Shown here: one piece after another, positions 1 to 13,700 of the stretch
Position numbering within the stretch: the first letter of the stretch is position 1
Layout: each line of letters starts with the position of its first letter
Origin: Spongospora subterranea f. sp. subterranea
Taxonomy: Eukaryota
DNA length: 64,000 nucleotides
Reading direction: 5' to 3'
Assembly: GCA_049724395.1 (NCBI GenBank)
Contig: JAUGWO010000120.1
Span: forward strand, 62,001 to 126,000
Position numbers and translations under genes: made by a program
Notes under the pieces: generated by a model
The model's input: only the letters and a program-made list of their open reading frames with translations
Told to the model about the DNA's origin: nothing
The model's database searches: none

Positions 1-196
1 CGGGACGCGGTTTTCAATTTTGTGAGGTTTTTAGTTGCGCGGCCGCACTGCAAATGTTCTTACCTATTGATAGCTATAAATAGGGCCAATTTACTCTTGA
101 GGAGGCTGCTCTATGACTTTCCAAAACAAGGGTTGTAAATGGTTGCGGGAGAACGACCGGTAGGGCGCCAATTCCTGGTTATTTTAACTTTGAATC

Positions 197-727
197 ATGC
201 CAGTAGATGCGGAACGAGGAAAGCGACCCAACGCTACTAACAGCGAGCGAAACGGGGTACTGCAGGCGTTGTTAAGGCAGTCAAAAGAAAGCACTCTAAA
301 AATGGGGACAATAAAGGAAGTTGCTGCGGCTTTCAAACTTTCTACCAAATCGGTGTCCAGAATTTGGAAAAGAGCAAAAGAATGCTTTAACAACGGTCAA
401 GTTTTCGCTGACGTCAGCTCTAGAATAAAAGGCAGATCGGGTAAAACGAAAATGTGCAGAGGGGAACTGAAGAGAAAAATCCAACAGGTTCCTTTAAGAC
501 AGAGAGGAACTCTAGCAGTACTTTCCAAAGCATCTGGAATTTCAATCGGAACATTGTTTAATCTCAAATCAGAGGACAATTTGAAGAGAATTTCCAGTAC
601 AGTTAAGCCAACGCTTACGGAAGAAAACAAGAAAAAGAGGCTTCAATTCGCGCTCTCCTTGCTCTGCCCAAACTCAAACACATTTCAAACCATGTACGAT
701 TACGTCCATGTTGATGAAAAATGGTGA
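197..727 (+). pseudogene. Mariner-type (DD39D-like) transposase, N-terminal part, truncated just after the first catalytic Asp
   Basis: HTH-like N-terminus (VSRIWKRA), KPTLTEENKKKRL and MYDYVHVDEKW, matching the longer paralog at 25885. The ORF ends at a fold-back junction. Confidence 0.85.
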
Positions 728-869
728 GTTTGGGCAGAGCAAGGAGAGCGCGAATTGAAGCCTCTGTTTCTTGTTTTCTTCCGTAAGCGTTGGCTTAACT
801 GTACTGGAAATTCTCTTCAAATTGTCCTCTGATTTGAGATTAAACAATGTTCCGATTGAAATTCCAGAT
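532..869. repeat. Inverted repeat with 145-bp arms (532-676 and 725-869) and a 48-bp loop
   Basis: 725-869 is the reverse complement of 532-676 with one visible mismatch. ORFs 397..630(-) and 771..1196(+) share the same N-terminal translation. Confidence 0.95.
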
Positions 870-870
870 C

Positions 871-1022
871 CTGCGCCGCTGCGTTGGTACCCGACGTCGC
901 TCCATTGGTACCCGACTCCGCTCAGGTGGTATCTGGTACCGCTGCGTTGGTACCCTGCGCCGCTGCGTTGGTCGCCCCCCCTCGCTCCATTGGTACCCGA
1001 CTCCGCTCCGTTGGTAGCCGGC
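871..1022. repeat. GC-rich minisatellite, ~21-bp unit, ~7 copies
   Basis: Adjacent units such as cgccgctgcgttggtacccga, cgtcgctccattggtacccga and ctccgctccgttggtagccgg. Confidence 0.85.
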
Positions 1023-1314
1023 CCCGGTCACCTCCCGCCGGAGTCTGCTTCGTTTATCGACCTTTCCGGTGTATCCTCAGATTTATTTTTCAGGATACAG
1101 GACACGATCCTGATGATGCTCAAGAACTGCAATTTCTTGCGCCTTTCGGCTTTTATAAGGCGGAAAATCACGATGCAGGCTTTGTCAGCATTTTGAGTTT
1201 CGAATCAGTCGTCCTTTCGTAAATGATTGGGTTACCATCATCAAAGACGTCCGAAATTTAAAGGCTCGCCTTGAAGGCCGATGAAACGATGCTGTTCGTA
1301 CTGATGTATACCTC

Positions 1315-2600
1315 ATGGCGTTGCAGGAAGAGAACTATAAACCAGTCCTGATATATAAGCGTAGGTTTACACAACGTTCAAATTTTACTGTCATTGATTT
1401 GATATTGACCGCCGATCAGCTGCTGGAATCGCAGACGAGACAGAATTTGGATTCCTTCGCGAAGAGTTCTTCCTTGTTATTAAGACCAAGTTTATGAGCG
1501 AAATGTTCATTAGTTACGTGTAATTGGAGATTTCTCGTATTTTCTACTCCTATGTGATTGCATATGATTGTTGTCAATACATTTCTATAAATCTGAATTT
1601 TTTCTTGTGCATCGCCTATCAGTAGATCTGGATCAACAAACCTTTTTTTTTTATAGAGCTAATCCTTTGCTATCTCGCCTTACTGAGCTACATTATCTGG
1701 TAGATATGGGGAGCGTGTCATGGTGATCGACTCAACCCACAACACTAACCAATATGGTTGTAAGCTTATCACGATCTCTGTTGTCGATTCCTCGAATAAC
1801 AGAGGCTACCTAACGTGTTCTGTATTAGCTCGCGAAAGAATGCTAAAGCTTTGGCGGCACTGTGGAAAGGTTGATGATAAGCCAAACCATTAAACCACAG
1901 GACGTTGACTAGAAAATGGGCAGATCAAGTATCCAGTGTTTAAGCCAAAAATACTGTTGCAAGACGACATCGTCGTGCCGTTGAATGGTGCTAGGACAGT
2001 ATTCCCGTCGCTAGAACACCGATATCATTGTGTCTGGCACGTGGATAAAAGTTGGAAGGAAAATGTAATGTTCGATTGAGACATTATAACATAGGGCCGC
2101 AATATCAAAGTTCTATATGCCAGCAGCTGATGAAAATAAGGACCGATCGCAGAGTGGACGTTGTAGAAACGAAATAGCAAATTTCATTGAAACCTGGAAA
2201 GACAAAGAGCCACAATTTGTTGATCATTCCACAAGAAACTATGTGGAGCAATGGGCTGTTTGTACCGGGATTCTTCCATTCCCGATACAACGGCTCATGC
2301 TGAAGCGTTCCAGAATTTGCTGAAAAGAGTGCACTCAAACAAGAGAAATCGATATATGAGAATGCAGATCAACGAAGACTTCTTTATATAATTCCAAGGT
2401 TAACAATCTGACGAAAAATCTTGCCTGGGGTTAACATGCATACATACAGGAAAGAGCTAAACTTGTTGCCGGGATCAGGATGCAGTGCAGCATTGAAAAA
2501 ACGATTCAGGATTGCGCTGTTCCAATATCGTTAACGGTGAACCAGAAAATTACCTCGTGAAACTTGTCGAAGTTATCGACGGCGTTGGTCCGGCAATACA
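1315..2600 (+). pseudogene. Degenerate MULE/Mutator transposase
   Basis: Manual translation gives VMVIDSTHNTNQYGCKLITISVVD (~1720-1790) and HCVWHVDKSW (~2026-2055). Many stops and frameshifts. Confidence 0.7.
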
Positions 2601-2609
2601 GATAAGTCT

Positions 2610-3440
2610 TCAAGCAATTCGGTGGTCGCCATCATCGTGGGACTGGGATAATATTGCCCCTAGGGCATAGTCCGATGCATCGGCTTCGATTACGATTGGG
2701 AGGTCTGGGTCGTTTGTTTTGAGAACTGGTGCTGATGTGAACGCAATCTTTGATCGCTGAAAGGCGGCTTCGGCGTCAGCGTTCCATTGAAAAGTTTGAG
2801 ACTTGCGTATGAGGGCATACAGAGGCAAAGCTACTCCGGAAAAATCAGCAATGAAATCTCGGTAGAAATTAGCAAAACCCAGAAAAACCCTGTTTAACCG
2901 TTTGAGATTGGGGCCATTTTCAACATCGTCGCCACTATGTTCGAATCCATCCTCAACGAGTTACGAGACACGAAATAACCTAGAAATTCCACTTGCTTCA
3001 CATGGAAACGACATTTCTCCATTTTCGCGAATAGTTTGAATGTGCGAAGCCGGTCCAGAACTATGCAAACATGCTCAATGTGTTCAGGTATGGAACGGGA
3101 GTATATAAGAATGTCGTCTAGGTAAATCACCACGAACTTATTGAGGATGTCTCTGAAAAGGTCGTCCATGAAATCTTGAAAACATGCAGGGCAGGTGCCA
3201 TTGCTAGTCCAAACGGCAATGACTAATTATTCGAACAATCCGAACGGGGTCCTGAAAGCGGTCTTCCACTCGTGTCCTTCTTTCATTCTAACCAATTTAT
3301 ATGCACACCTGAGATCGAGCTTGGAAAAGATCGAACCTTTGCTAGCGTTGTAGAGGATGTCGCTGATTAAAGAAAGTGGATGTCGATTCTTGATCGTCAT
3401 TTCATTAATTCGCCTGAAATCAACGCAAAGGCGCAGGGGG
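2610..3440 (-). mobile_element. Ty3/Gypsy RT-RNase H fragment
   Basis: [37 protein letters not shown] and IEADASDYALGAILSQ motifs across broken frames. Confidence 0.9.
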
Positions 3441-5335
3441 TTATCCTTCCAAAGAGTTAGACACAGAAAGCGTGATGGAGCCTTTCAAAACGTATGTTGT
3501 TTTCTGTATCTGTAATCGTACGATTAGTTGAGATTGTGGTGACTACAGTAAAGGGAACTATTGCAAGCATTTGCTGCTAGGTAAGACAATATATGATCAC
3601 TAATATGCTGATTCAGTGGAGTACCTGATGGGATTGTGGAATTCCGAAACGGTGAGTATAGGCGTTCGGACAGCGGGAACAGCAGAAACTGTAGTGACAG
3701 GACGACATCAAATGGGGCAATCCACTGAATGTGAGAACCAGTCAGGCGCCAATATGAGAAGAATGGCTCAAAATTATGAGAAATTATGTGGCGAAAATGA
3801 AGAGCTGGCTCGCTTACTACCAGAGAAAAATCATTTACAAAACCAAAAAGCAAGCGAGTGATCATTGAATGCATGAGCTGGTTGAATCAAAACCATTTGA
3901 TGTTAAAGGCCTTTGTGAATTGCAGCCAAAGCGCAAATAAAATGGAGAAAACTGACGTTTGAGTTCGCGTTCGAAGCTCAGTCAAGAAGGCAACAGCTCC
4001 ATGACATTCTGGCGAGTGCCACGGGCGCAAAAGGTTGATATTGATATGGCATTTTCAATTTTAGGGCAAGCACTAGAGCCCAATCAGTTCGAACATGTCT
4101 ACAGAACGTCAACCGCATGAGGAGCTTGGGCGGCTTCCTCTGTCGAAAACTAATCAGCCTTCTGCCTCTGCCGCTTCCTTTGGCAGTCAATAAATTTCTC
4201 AGCCTGAACACATTCGGTTGACAGGTTCAGGGGAGTCATCCATTATCACAGCCGTCTCGCGCTTGAAAAATTGATCCGATTGTTTTAGTCGCAGCATCAC
4301 CAAGTTCAGCATCATGTGATTATGGTCTTCTTGCAGCAAAACTTGCTTTCATAAGAGAGCGTTGAGTATGATGTTTTTTGTTGCAATATGGTTATTGTCC
4401 TACCTGAATACATCGATGTTCCGCTCATGCTCAATCAAGCAAGGAGTTCATAGTCATCTTCCAGGATCGCAGGAGAATGTTCACTTCAAATTTACATCGA
4501 ACCGGAGGCTATCGTGGGTCAGAGAAAGTCAACTTTCCAATAATCGACGATCCCACAACAGTGAATGCATCGTTGGCACATCGAATTGAGGCGAAACTCT
4601 TCCGCCAATCAGGCACATTGTTACAGACACGATTCGGGTTCTCGGTTGATATTCTGACGGAATTTCCCACTGTTTGATTAGATCGCGGCTCGGGGTGGGC
4701 TTGTTCCAAATTCGTGGGGCCTGGTCGACAAATCCTGAGAAAATTTTCCCCTTTGGTAAGACGAGTAAGCTCTGGAGTAGACCAACGTGGTCCGAAAACA
4801 TTGAAACAAATTTCCTCCAGATCTGGAAGGTTCTCCTTCACTTTCACCTGCGTTCACCATCCTCTGGGGTCAATGTTGGACTGGAGACACGTCGTCTGTT
4901 TGTTCATCATCAAAATAAAAAGCCGGCTCTCGAAGCAGAAGCATCTGAACCGACATCGACCAATTTCTGGGGCCAATATTCGTCTAACACGTGAACTGTC
5001 GTCATCTGTTCTTGGATCATCAAACAATCTACGGCTCGTTGCCCCATTGCTGTCCAATGCCCAATCGTTTCGTGTGTGATCCTATTTCCTCACTGTAAGT
5101 TCAAACAACTACCCGCTCAATATCTTTTCTCCAGAACGACGATCGGGCAGTGGTCATTCCACAACTGTGTCACCAGCGCAATCAATTCCTCACCAAGTCT
5201 GTTTTTCGTTTGAGTACTCAGCCTTACCTCGCACTGCTTTCTTTCTGCAAATACTCAATTTCATTATCCAGATGGCCCCCAAATTGAGAGTTTGTACGGC
5301 AATCGCTTGATCGAACACCTTTTCAAGAAACTTTC

Positions 5336-7308
5336 ATGGACGTTTCACCCCATGACTTTCGTTCCATCTCATTTCGAGAGGTTTCCATCGCAGTCAAGAA
5401 TCATGTCGCTTTCAATCCGACGTTTGAGGATTTGGAAAAGATATTCAATTTTCTCGGGACGGAAAAAACCGCACGATTCTCTACAGGTGAAAGTAATCCA
5501 AACTCACCTTCTCCATACGGATTGACCGAGACGACATTGAACACGTTGAAATGTCTGCCAATTACATCAAGAACATTGCCAGCAAGTTCTGAAAGAAAAA
5601 AGATGTTGATAAAATCACTGCCCTTTTAACCACAACCTCGATCTTTCTCGCTGAATCAGACTTGCTCATCGACGAGGAGCTATCCCAACAATCTGGTTCT
5701 GGTTCTGAGAGAAAGTCGCAAAGTATTTTTTACATTTTTTTGGGTAATTGGAACCACATCTGGAAAATCACAGGTCGCATCGATAGCTTGTCAAGGGTTT
5801 ACAAAAACTGGATCAGGAAGAAGCTCAGAGCGTTCTTCAAAAGCTGGTCCCACTACTCGAGTCAAGGATCTGTGGATTTAGCTCAAACACAAATCAGGCA
5901 ATTTGAAAGAGATCTCCTCAACCAAAACACAACCTTGAACGGAAAAAGAATCGCGCAAAAGTAATTCATCTAGTGTAAAACCACATTTTTCAAGACAATT
6001 TTCCGATTCCGCTTCAGCAGTTTTTGAATTCTAATGGTCGACCTGGAGCTATACATTGCTTCCGGAGCTGAAACCGTCATCTCAAAACGATTTTTGTTAC
6101 AATGATTCTGTGACAATAAAATCAAATGGTATGGGGAGGATGTCAACAGATGACGCCAACATGAATTGTGAAAAAGGTCTCGCAGCGTCAGAGCGTTTTG
6201 CAAAAGTTTCTTGAGTATGTTGAATTTATATATATAGTTGAGGGACCTCTGTTTGCGGCGGTTTTGGATTATATTTGAAATTGAAAATTATCTGGGATGT
6301 CGCGTGCCAGGGTGAAAACCTATCGCAATGGAGATGAACCCGTAGTGCACCATTGCTGTACTGTACCACAATGTTATCTGTGAAGATTCTCAAGAAAAAG
6401 CTGAGCGCAGCCGAGAGAGAGCATCGGTCGTTGGTTCTTGCCGGTGAACAGCTCAAGGATTCGAATCGCCTACTGGAATCTCGTCTGGCTGATATTGATA
6501 AACATGTTCGATATCATTTAGAGCACAAGGTCTCTGCCGATGATATAGCCGAGAAGAAAGCTATTAAAAAAGCACAAGAATGCGCCATCAGCTCAGAGAT
6601 CGAGAGTAATCTCAAGTATCTTGCTATTTCAGGTCGGTATTCAGATTGATTCAGGTTTGACGAAGGTGAGCCGGTCATATTTTCACCGTTTGTCAATGGT
6701 GCAAAAACAACACGCGGAACAGCGAAGAACCCTAAATCTGTGAGCAATGCTGGGAATGATTACGGCTGTTAGAGTTGAGTTTTGACAGTTGACCACAGTG
6801 ATATGGTCGACGAGAAAACCGCCACTGAAGGCCACATATCTCAAGTGATGGGCGATATCGTTCAACTCAAAGACGAAATTAACGGATTGACCACGGTTTG
6901 TTCTCACAACCCTTGTTTTTTTTACTTCAATTTTCTCGATTCAAAACAAACGTTTGAGTTCCAGGTCCAGTAGTCGCTAAATTAAAGCCATACTTGACAC
7001 GAACAATTACATCTCATTTCCGGGGTTCTTTTCCGACCTCGAGAATAATAATGGTGGCTCGGTTCAAACAGATTATGGAGAAACAAAAGTCGGAGGAGTC
7101 GGAGTTGGTATTGTTGTCAGATCAAGGGGCGGTGGAGAGGATTCGAGGGGAACTGATTCAAATCCAGTCGGAGATACGATCGTTGGATGTCCAGCACCGA
7201 AAGCAGCAGAGGACGATCCGCCTTCACCATCGCCGCCTGATTGACCTTCAGGCTGCCAATCGTGACATGGCAACGATCCTCGTCAAGAACGACATCACCC
7301 TGCCATGA
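5336..7308 (+). CDS. Probable multi-exon coiled-coil host gene; exon boundaries not resolved
   Basis: Successive + strand ORFs (6353-6649, 6782-6973, 6994-7308) with heptad-like charged sequence. No family motif recognised. Confidence 0.35.
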
Positions 7309-8656
7309 GATGCTCTCCCGATTGTGATTTTTGTAGATCACTAAACCCGTGAATCAGTTGACAAACAACAAATCGCCTACAATTTCTCACCTCGGTATAA
7401 CGAAACGATCCGTATTGTGTGACAGAAAAAAATGTAGATTAGCTAGGGCGGTGTAAATGCAATTTCTATCAAAAACTTATAGACAACCATTATGGTTTCA
7501 CATTTTTGTTTAGGTCGCGGATCTGTTATGACTTCACGTTGTGGCTGACGATTGACGAAGAGCGAAATCCGAAATAGATCCACGAAGGAGGTCGGGACGA
7601 CGACATTGATGGATTTACCTTGCAACAATAGAATCGAATCGTCGACGTTGGGGCGAGAGAGTGCTGTTTTAGAAATATCGTATTGAGAAGCCAGTGATTT
7701 CACAAGATGGGTCGAGAACCAGACAAAGAGAGTTTGGTGAAGCCAAACGCCATGCCAACTTCGGAATTGACCATTTCAGCTGTTCAGCAAAAAATGGTTG
7801 CTTTGTACGAAAAATACCAAAATTATGCCGGCAAAGAAACTAATAAGGATCAAACTTCAATCGCAATCAACACCGGAGTCAATATTGGCAAATTTGAGAG
7901 CATCATATCTGTAGACGTTTAGACCAATATCATTATGTGCCGAACAACACCATCACCATCCGCCAATCTCAGGAAAAAGCAGTGACCGAACAAATCACAG
8001 CGAATTACAGTAAAAATTTGGAAGGCGAAGCATCAAGGGGCATTACCAACAGAAGTTCAATCCCGTGTTTGCCCTTCCCCTCCTGTGGAATTGCGCATTG
8101 GTAAGCTATGGACCGGGATTGTCTGGGACCTGGTCGAGGTACTCCTTGAGATGGTTTTCGAGTCCTTGCGTTGCATCAAAAGCATTGAGGAACTCCCAAA
8201 AGAGTTTGTTCGGGCCACACCTTCCCAATCTATCAAGTTTTTGAGCTTGTTACGAAAGTAACTTGAGTACCAACACCTGAATAACAATGTAGAGGGCTCG
8301 GAATCACCCTCGAGGTGGAGCGCTTTCGCTGACGGCAACAGACGGCTGAAGATGGTATATAGTTCTGTATAGATCTAACCGACGGAAGTGGACTGGGATC
8401 TGTCGGCAGTTGCAACGACAGCGAATAATCCCAGCACCTTGCGGTTGAATCTGTCGCAGGGTCGATACATCCAACCAAATTGTTAAAATTTAACCTGCTT
8501 GATGGCCAGGACTGATTACTACCATACGGCGATGTTTGATTTTGCAGCAGCAATTTGAACATAGAAAAATCGGCTGGGGACCATGTTGGCAGTGGGAGTA
8601 AACGCAAGTCGGTGTGATGGAGAAAGAGCGATGCCAGACTGAACGAATACAAGGTT

Positions 8657-9250
8657 TCAAAAGTACTGCTCGGCGTCTGTCCTAATTTTAGCCACAAATG
8701 CCCTCAGATTGGGATGCGGCGTGGGGAACAGCTCGCTGATATGAGTATTATATGATTCCAGTGGGTTGTTGTTTCGATTGGCAACCTCTTCCCTTCCTGT
8801 TATCTGGGTGCTAAGATTCCGGTCACGAGGAGAGCGCATTCACGTTTTCTTGATATGATCGAAATACTCTTGTGAAGCATCCACCTCCACCTAAGTTTCC
8901 AATGCCAATTGAGCACGGAGGAACTGGAACCCCACCCGTCGTAATCTCATGGTGTTCAATAACGCTTAAGCGCGTCCAAGATCCCTGGCCTCATCAAGCA
9001 ATTCGCTGAGTGATCTGATATTTGAAAAGGACCACTCGATTGGCTTGTTTCCAATGGAAATCATCCGACTACCTGGTAATTAGAAGGAAATAGGCCACCT
9101 GTCATTTATGAAGTGCGAGGACTAGGTTCGAGAAGAATAAATATTGCCCAAAGGCTTGTAATCAAATCCTTGGTTGCCGTTAATCCTGATTCGTCTCCAA
9201 CCTAGCCCTTGATTCTCAACAGATAATCAATGTCGTGGTACACACCTCTA
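8657..9250 (-). pseudogene. MULE-like transposase remnant
   Basis: FHWKQA (~9044-9061, minus) and NNPLESYNTHISELFPTPHPNLRAFV motifs. Confidence 0.6.
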
Positions 9251-9551
9251 TGCTCTCCGTCCTCTAACCACAACTCCATGTCCCTTGTTTGATATATCAT
9301 TCTTATAAGCTCTTGGGAACTCTCGTAAACTGTTGTTTACACATTTCAACAATATCACCGGCTTTACTTTTCAAGATGTCAGTACAATCGTCGAAGCTAA
9401 GCTTTGTTCAAGATGGTATTAGATACGTAATTGTTGAAATTACCGTTGAGTCGTCGAGCTGCGGGCATGACAGTGATGATGTCGCCCGGCGGCTGTCAGG
9501 CCAGGCTTTCCAGCCACTGTCTAACAGTGACCAATTGCTGGATCAACGACT

Positions 9552-10543
9552 GGGGGGGGAGGGAGTGCAATCTGGCAATCATCCGCTGAATAAACTCAGT
9601 TCTTAAATTGATCAACTCTTTAGTCTCGCATAGTTTAAAAGACCCGCGTTGATGGCCGACCACGACCTCAAGCAAACGGAACTGCTACCATCTGCTTCGC
9701 CGCTGCTGTCTTGCACCTTCACGCTCGAATTCGTGTTCGTGAATAATTGGCCTTTGACTGCACTTGCGGGCAGGAATTCCTCGTCCTCGTCGTCATCCGC
9801 CAGCATCTCAACTGGTGTTGTGCGAGTCTCCTTCAATTTTGCGTCCCTAGATATAAACCTTCTCGACGTCTTCAAATCTTCAAACACATACGCCTTAGCA
9901 CCATCCGCAAATCCAAGGAATTTGCATTTTCTTGATTTGCTGTCGAACTTGCTTCGGTGTGAATCTGGAACATGAACCGCCCACAGAGATCCGAACAGTG
10001 ACACACTTGCAAGACTTGGTAGCCTCTTGTAAATGAGTTCATACGGTGACTTCTCGTTCACATTGACCTTTGTTATTGTCCTATTTCTGATGTAGGCCGC
10101 CAACCGGACCGCGTATTCCCAATACGAAGTCGGTAGTCCAGAGTCAAACAACAGGCATCGCGCCACCTCCACGATCGTTCTGTTCATCCCTCTACCTTGC
10201 CATTTTGTTGAGGAGCCCTTGCTTGCGCCCGTGTCACTCGCCTGAAGGTCATGGAGCTGTTGCTTCCTTAAATGAGCTTCGAAGGCGAACTTAAACGCAG
10301 TCCAGTTTTCTCCATATAATTTCTGCCCGGTGAAGGCCAACGCCGCCTCTGAACTGGGCCCATAACCTGAGAAGAGGGTAGCAGTTGCGTTTGCTTGAGG
10401 TCGTGGTCGGCCATCAACGCGGGTCTTCTGAACTAAACGAGATTTCCTAAATTGATCAACTCTTTAGTCTCGTTTAATTCAGAAGACCCGCGATGATGGC
10501 CGACCACGACCTCAGGCAAACGGAACTGCTACCCTCTTCTCAG
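9552..10543 (-). mobile_element. Rearranged, internally deleted Ty1/Copia element (gag start fused to integrase C-terminus) with LTR pieces in both orientations
   Basis: ORF 9612..10340 joins gag-like KLYGENWTAFKFAFEAHL to integrase MNRTIVEVARCLL...YWEYAV...SKFDSKSRKCKFLGF. LTR-like sequence occurs at 9566-9689 (+, after purine tract 9552-9565), 10368-10442 (-) and 10448-10542 (+). Confidence 0.8.
10354..10367 (-). promoter_or_regulatory. Copia-type primer-binding site GGTTATGGGCCCAG
   Basis: Reverse complement of ctgggcccataacc, directly after an LTR-terminal CA. Same sequence as the PBS of Drosophila copia. Confidence 0.85.
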
Positions 10544-10636
10544 TAATTCCCTCGAGTTCTGAATAAACGGCAAGAAATACTACCGAGGCCGTCAGCGTCG
10601 CGCCGCAAACCGCAGGCAAGAGCTGTGCGAACCCGC

Positions 10637-10771
10637 TGTTGATCGCTGACCTTGACGGTTCCATAGGGCAATACTACCTAATCCATTTCATGCAATAGAG
10701 GAGTGGTTTTATTCATTAACAGCTGCATGACGGACCGAATGGGAGAGGGTTAATCGCCCCCAGTTTCAACA
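10637..10771 (-). repeat. 3' LTR (135 bp) of the second Copia element
   Basis: Bounded by TGTTGA...TCAACA and preceded on the minus strand by a purine tract (GAGGGGG) after the RNase H end. Confidence 0.7.
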
Positions 10772-13700
10772 GACCCCCTCGATTCGACATCTCTGATTCC
10801 CATGGACAATCGGCACCATATAAATTTGGTAGGTGTCATATTGCTGGTCGGGCAATCGTCCAGGTTCACGGCCTCTTTTCTAACTTGCTCTCGAATGAAA
10901 TGAAAGTTTATGTCAATGTTCTTAGTTCTGAAGTCAGTTCGGAGATTGCTTGCAATTGCGAGGCACCCTGATTATGACAGAATACCTTGCTCGGACCATG
11001 TTCAGGATATCCTAACTTAGTTAACAATGTCCCTAGCCAAGTTATCTCTCTGACCATATCATAGGTGGCCATATATTCGGCATGAACTGACGAAGTGGCT
11101 ACTGTGGGTTGACGCTTACTTTTCCAGCTGATTGGCGATCCAGCTAATCTCACTAATTAATACCGTGTTGTGGATCGTCAAGTATCGACGTCCTGACTTC
11201 AGTCACTGTCAGACCAAGCGATTATCTCATTTCCCTCGCCCTTAGAGTGTTCCAGGCCATGGTGTTGCCTGCATGCTAGATATTGCAATACCTTCATGGC
11301 TGCAGTCCAGTGTAATGGACCAGGGTTGGATATAAATCGGCAAAGGGTCCCCACTGCTGTCAAAATATCAGGTCTGGTGTGAGTGGAAAGATAATTTAGG
11401 GCTCCAACTAAGCTGCCGTATGGAATGGTCTTCATCTTGCCACATTCATCCTCATCCTTCGGCCTCATTTTCATCTTCAAGTAATATCCCGGTTGATCAG
11501 GGGTATTGGCAGATTTGCACGATGTCATATTAAACTGGATCATCAGCTCTCTTATATAATCGGACTGATTTAGGGATATGATGCCTGCATCCAAATTATC
11601 AACAATATTCATACCGAGGATCCGTGTTGGTTGGCCATCGATAACTTGAACATCTTGGGTCAAACGTGAAAATGATTGCTTCGAAAACCCCATCATAATT
11701 GTGAGACAATATCATGTCATCAACGTATAGCCCTATAATGGCTAGATTATCGCCATCGCGAAGAACGTATATACACGGGTTTGATATACACCTTTTGAAA
11801 CCTAACTCACTCACCAAGAGTTCCTTGATCCTGTTGTTCCAGAGGCATCCGGCCTGCCTCAAGCCGTATATGGCTTTATTCTACCTCCATACCTGGTTAG
11901 GGCCCAGAGGGGCCTTGAACTTCTCAACCAATTCTGAATTATCCTTCCTAGGCTTTACTGTGAATACCCATTTACACTTGATTGGCTTGATGTTAGGAGA
12001 GCGGGATACGAGTTCGAATATCTTGAAGTCAACCATATTCTGGTACTCGGCCACGATGGCATCACGTCAATATCCTGCAAAAAGTCATCGACACAGCTTC
12101 TTGAACTGATGACGGTATCTTGATGTCGGTGTAAAATATATTTGATATATCAGGCTTAGGAAGAGACGCTTGTATCAAGATGGTGGTGTCTTTATGTACT
12201 GTGTTCAAGCATTTCCAGAACAAAAACGGTGGTGTCTTACTCTCGACGACCTGCGTGGGGCAGGTGGAGTTGGTATCTGAGCATCTGTATCTTGAACCTC
12301 TTCTTGGTCGGATTCATTTCCGCGACCTGGGATTTCTTCATCGTCGAAGTTTTCATCTTCGGTGCTCTCGATTGCGTCGACTTCATAGTTGAGATGCATT
12401 TTCCATATTAATTTGATCGATAAAATATGGTGTCCCGAAACGGCTCATGTTTCCTTTGTGTAGGTTGATTCCAAAATGTAAACGAAACCTCGATAAATTT
12501 GGTCCTCCTACTGACATTAACTTTCTTCTGAATCGGATCCCATAAGCGATATGCTTTCTGAGTTTGACTGTATCCAATAAACACTCCTGGCCTTGCCTTC
12601 GGGTCTAACCCTCGTCGTAACCGCTTGTGGATAAACATCCATGCGTCGCATTGAAAAACTCGCAGATAGGACAGGTTTGATTTAGCTCCGAATCATGCTT
12701 GATATGGAGAGACGCGGTTGGGTAGATAACTATGTGGTCGTCTGTTGATTACATGACCTGCTGTGGCAACTGCACATCCCCAGTAGAAGAATCGGGTAAT
12801 CCCGCGTGATGTCGAGCGCTTTCGGCTGCTGTATCGATTGTACGATTTACACCTTCGGCAATGCCGTTTTGTTCGGGATCGTAAACGATGCTGGTTTGGT
12901 GAAATATTCCACTCTTATCGTAACAGCGCTTGCATTCATGTGAGGTATATTCACCGCATTGTCGTTCGGGAGTGTTATCAAACGATCAACAGTCTGCCCA
13001 GGTTGGAATTCCGAATCTCTCAAACTGCTTCAACGCTGAAATGGCTTCACTCTTGTTACGAAGCAAAATACACTCGTAGGTATCGGGTGAAATGGTCAAT
13101 GAAAATAGTGCATTTGAATGTAGAGCCAAGGTCTTTCAATGTCGGAGGATACATACTGTCCTTGATGCATTTGGGAAGTGGCCGCCTGTCATTTTACTTT
13201 TGAAACATCCTCCAAATTTTCCGTCGATGGCACTAAATTCATCATTCGCCAGGGTTTTATTAATCTTCTGATGTAAGTAGTGAGCATTTGTGTGAAACGA
13301 TCGGATATGCCATGTGGTCCATGATGCAGAGTTAGCACTAACGTTGGTGGACACTTTCTCTGCCTCGACGTTCGTGGACACTTCCTCTGCCTCGACCGGC
13401 ACTTGATGGCCTGATAATGTGTGCAGGTTATCCGCCCTTCGGGAAGCCATTCCGAGAATGTTTCCTTCAGGCTTTTCCAAAGTTTGTCACATATTTAATT
13501 TGGGAACTATCCCCTAGCGAAATATCAGGTCCAGCTTGGGTAGAGTATTTTTCCATGTCAGCCTTATCGGCAACCATGTGTTGTGAACAACCACTATCAA
13601 TCGTCCAATTTGTTGATCGGGATGGTGCAGGTGTGACCGAGGACAAAGCAAATTTACGCTGAGGTGAATATATGGAAAAGCCTGATGCTGGCGCTGGTGT

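Noticed and set aside
871..1022. CRISPR-like appearance of the 21-bp repeats
   Set aside because: Units are adjacent and degenerate, with no unique spacers, no cas genes and a eukaryotic context.
771..1196. 141-aa ORF with PLRWY repeats as a real gene
   Set aside because: It is the antisense transposase arm read into the minisatellite.
3441..5250. Cluster of short overlapping ORFs
   Set aside because: No recognisable motif or consistent exon chain.
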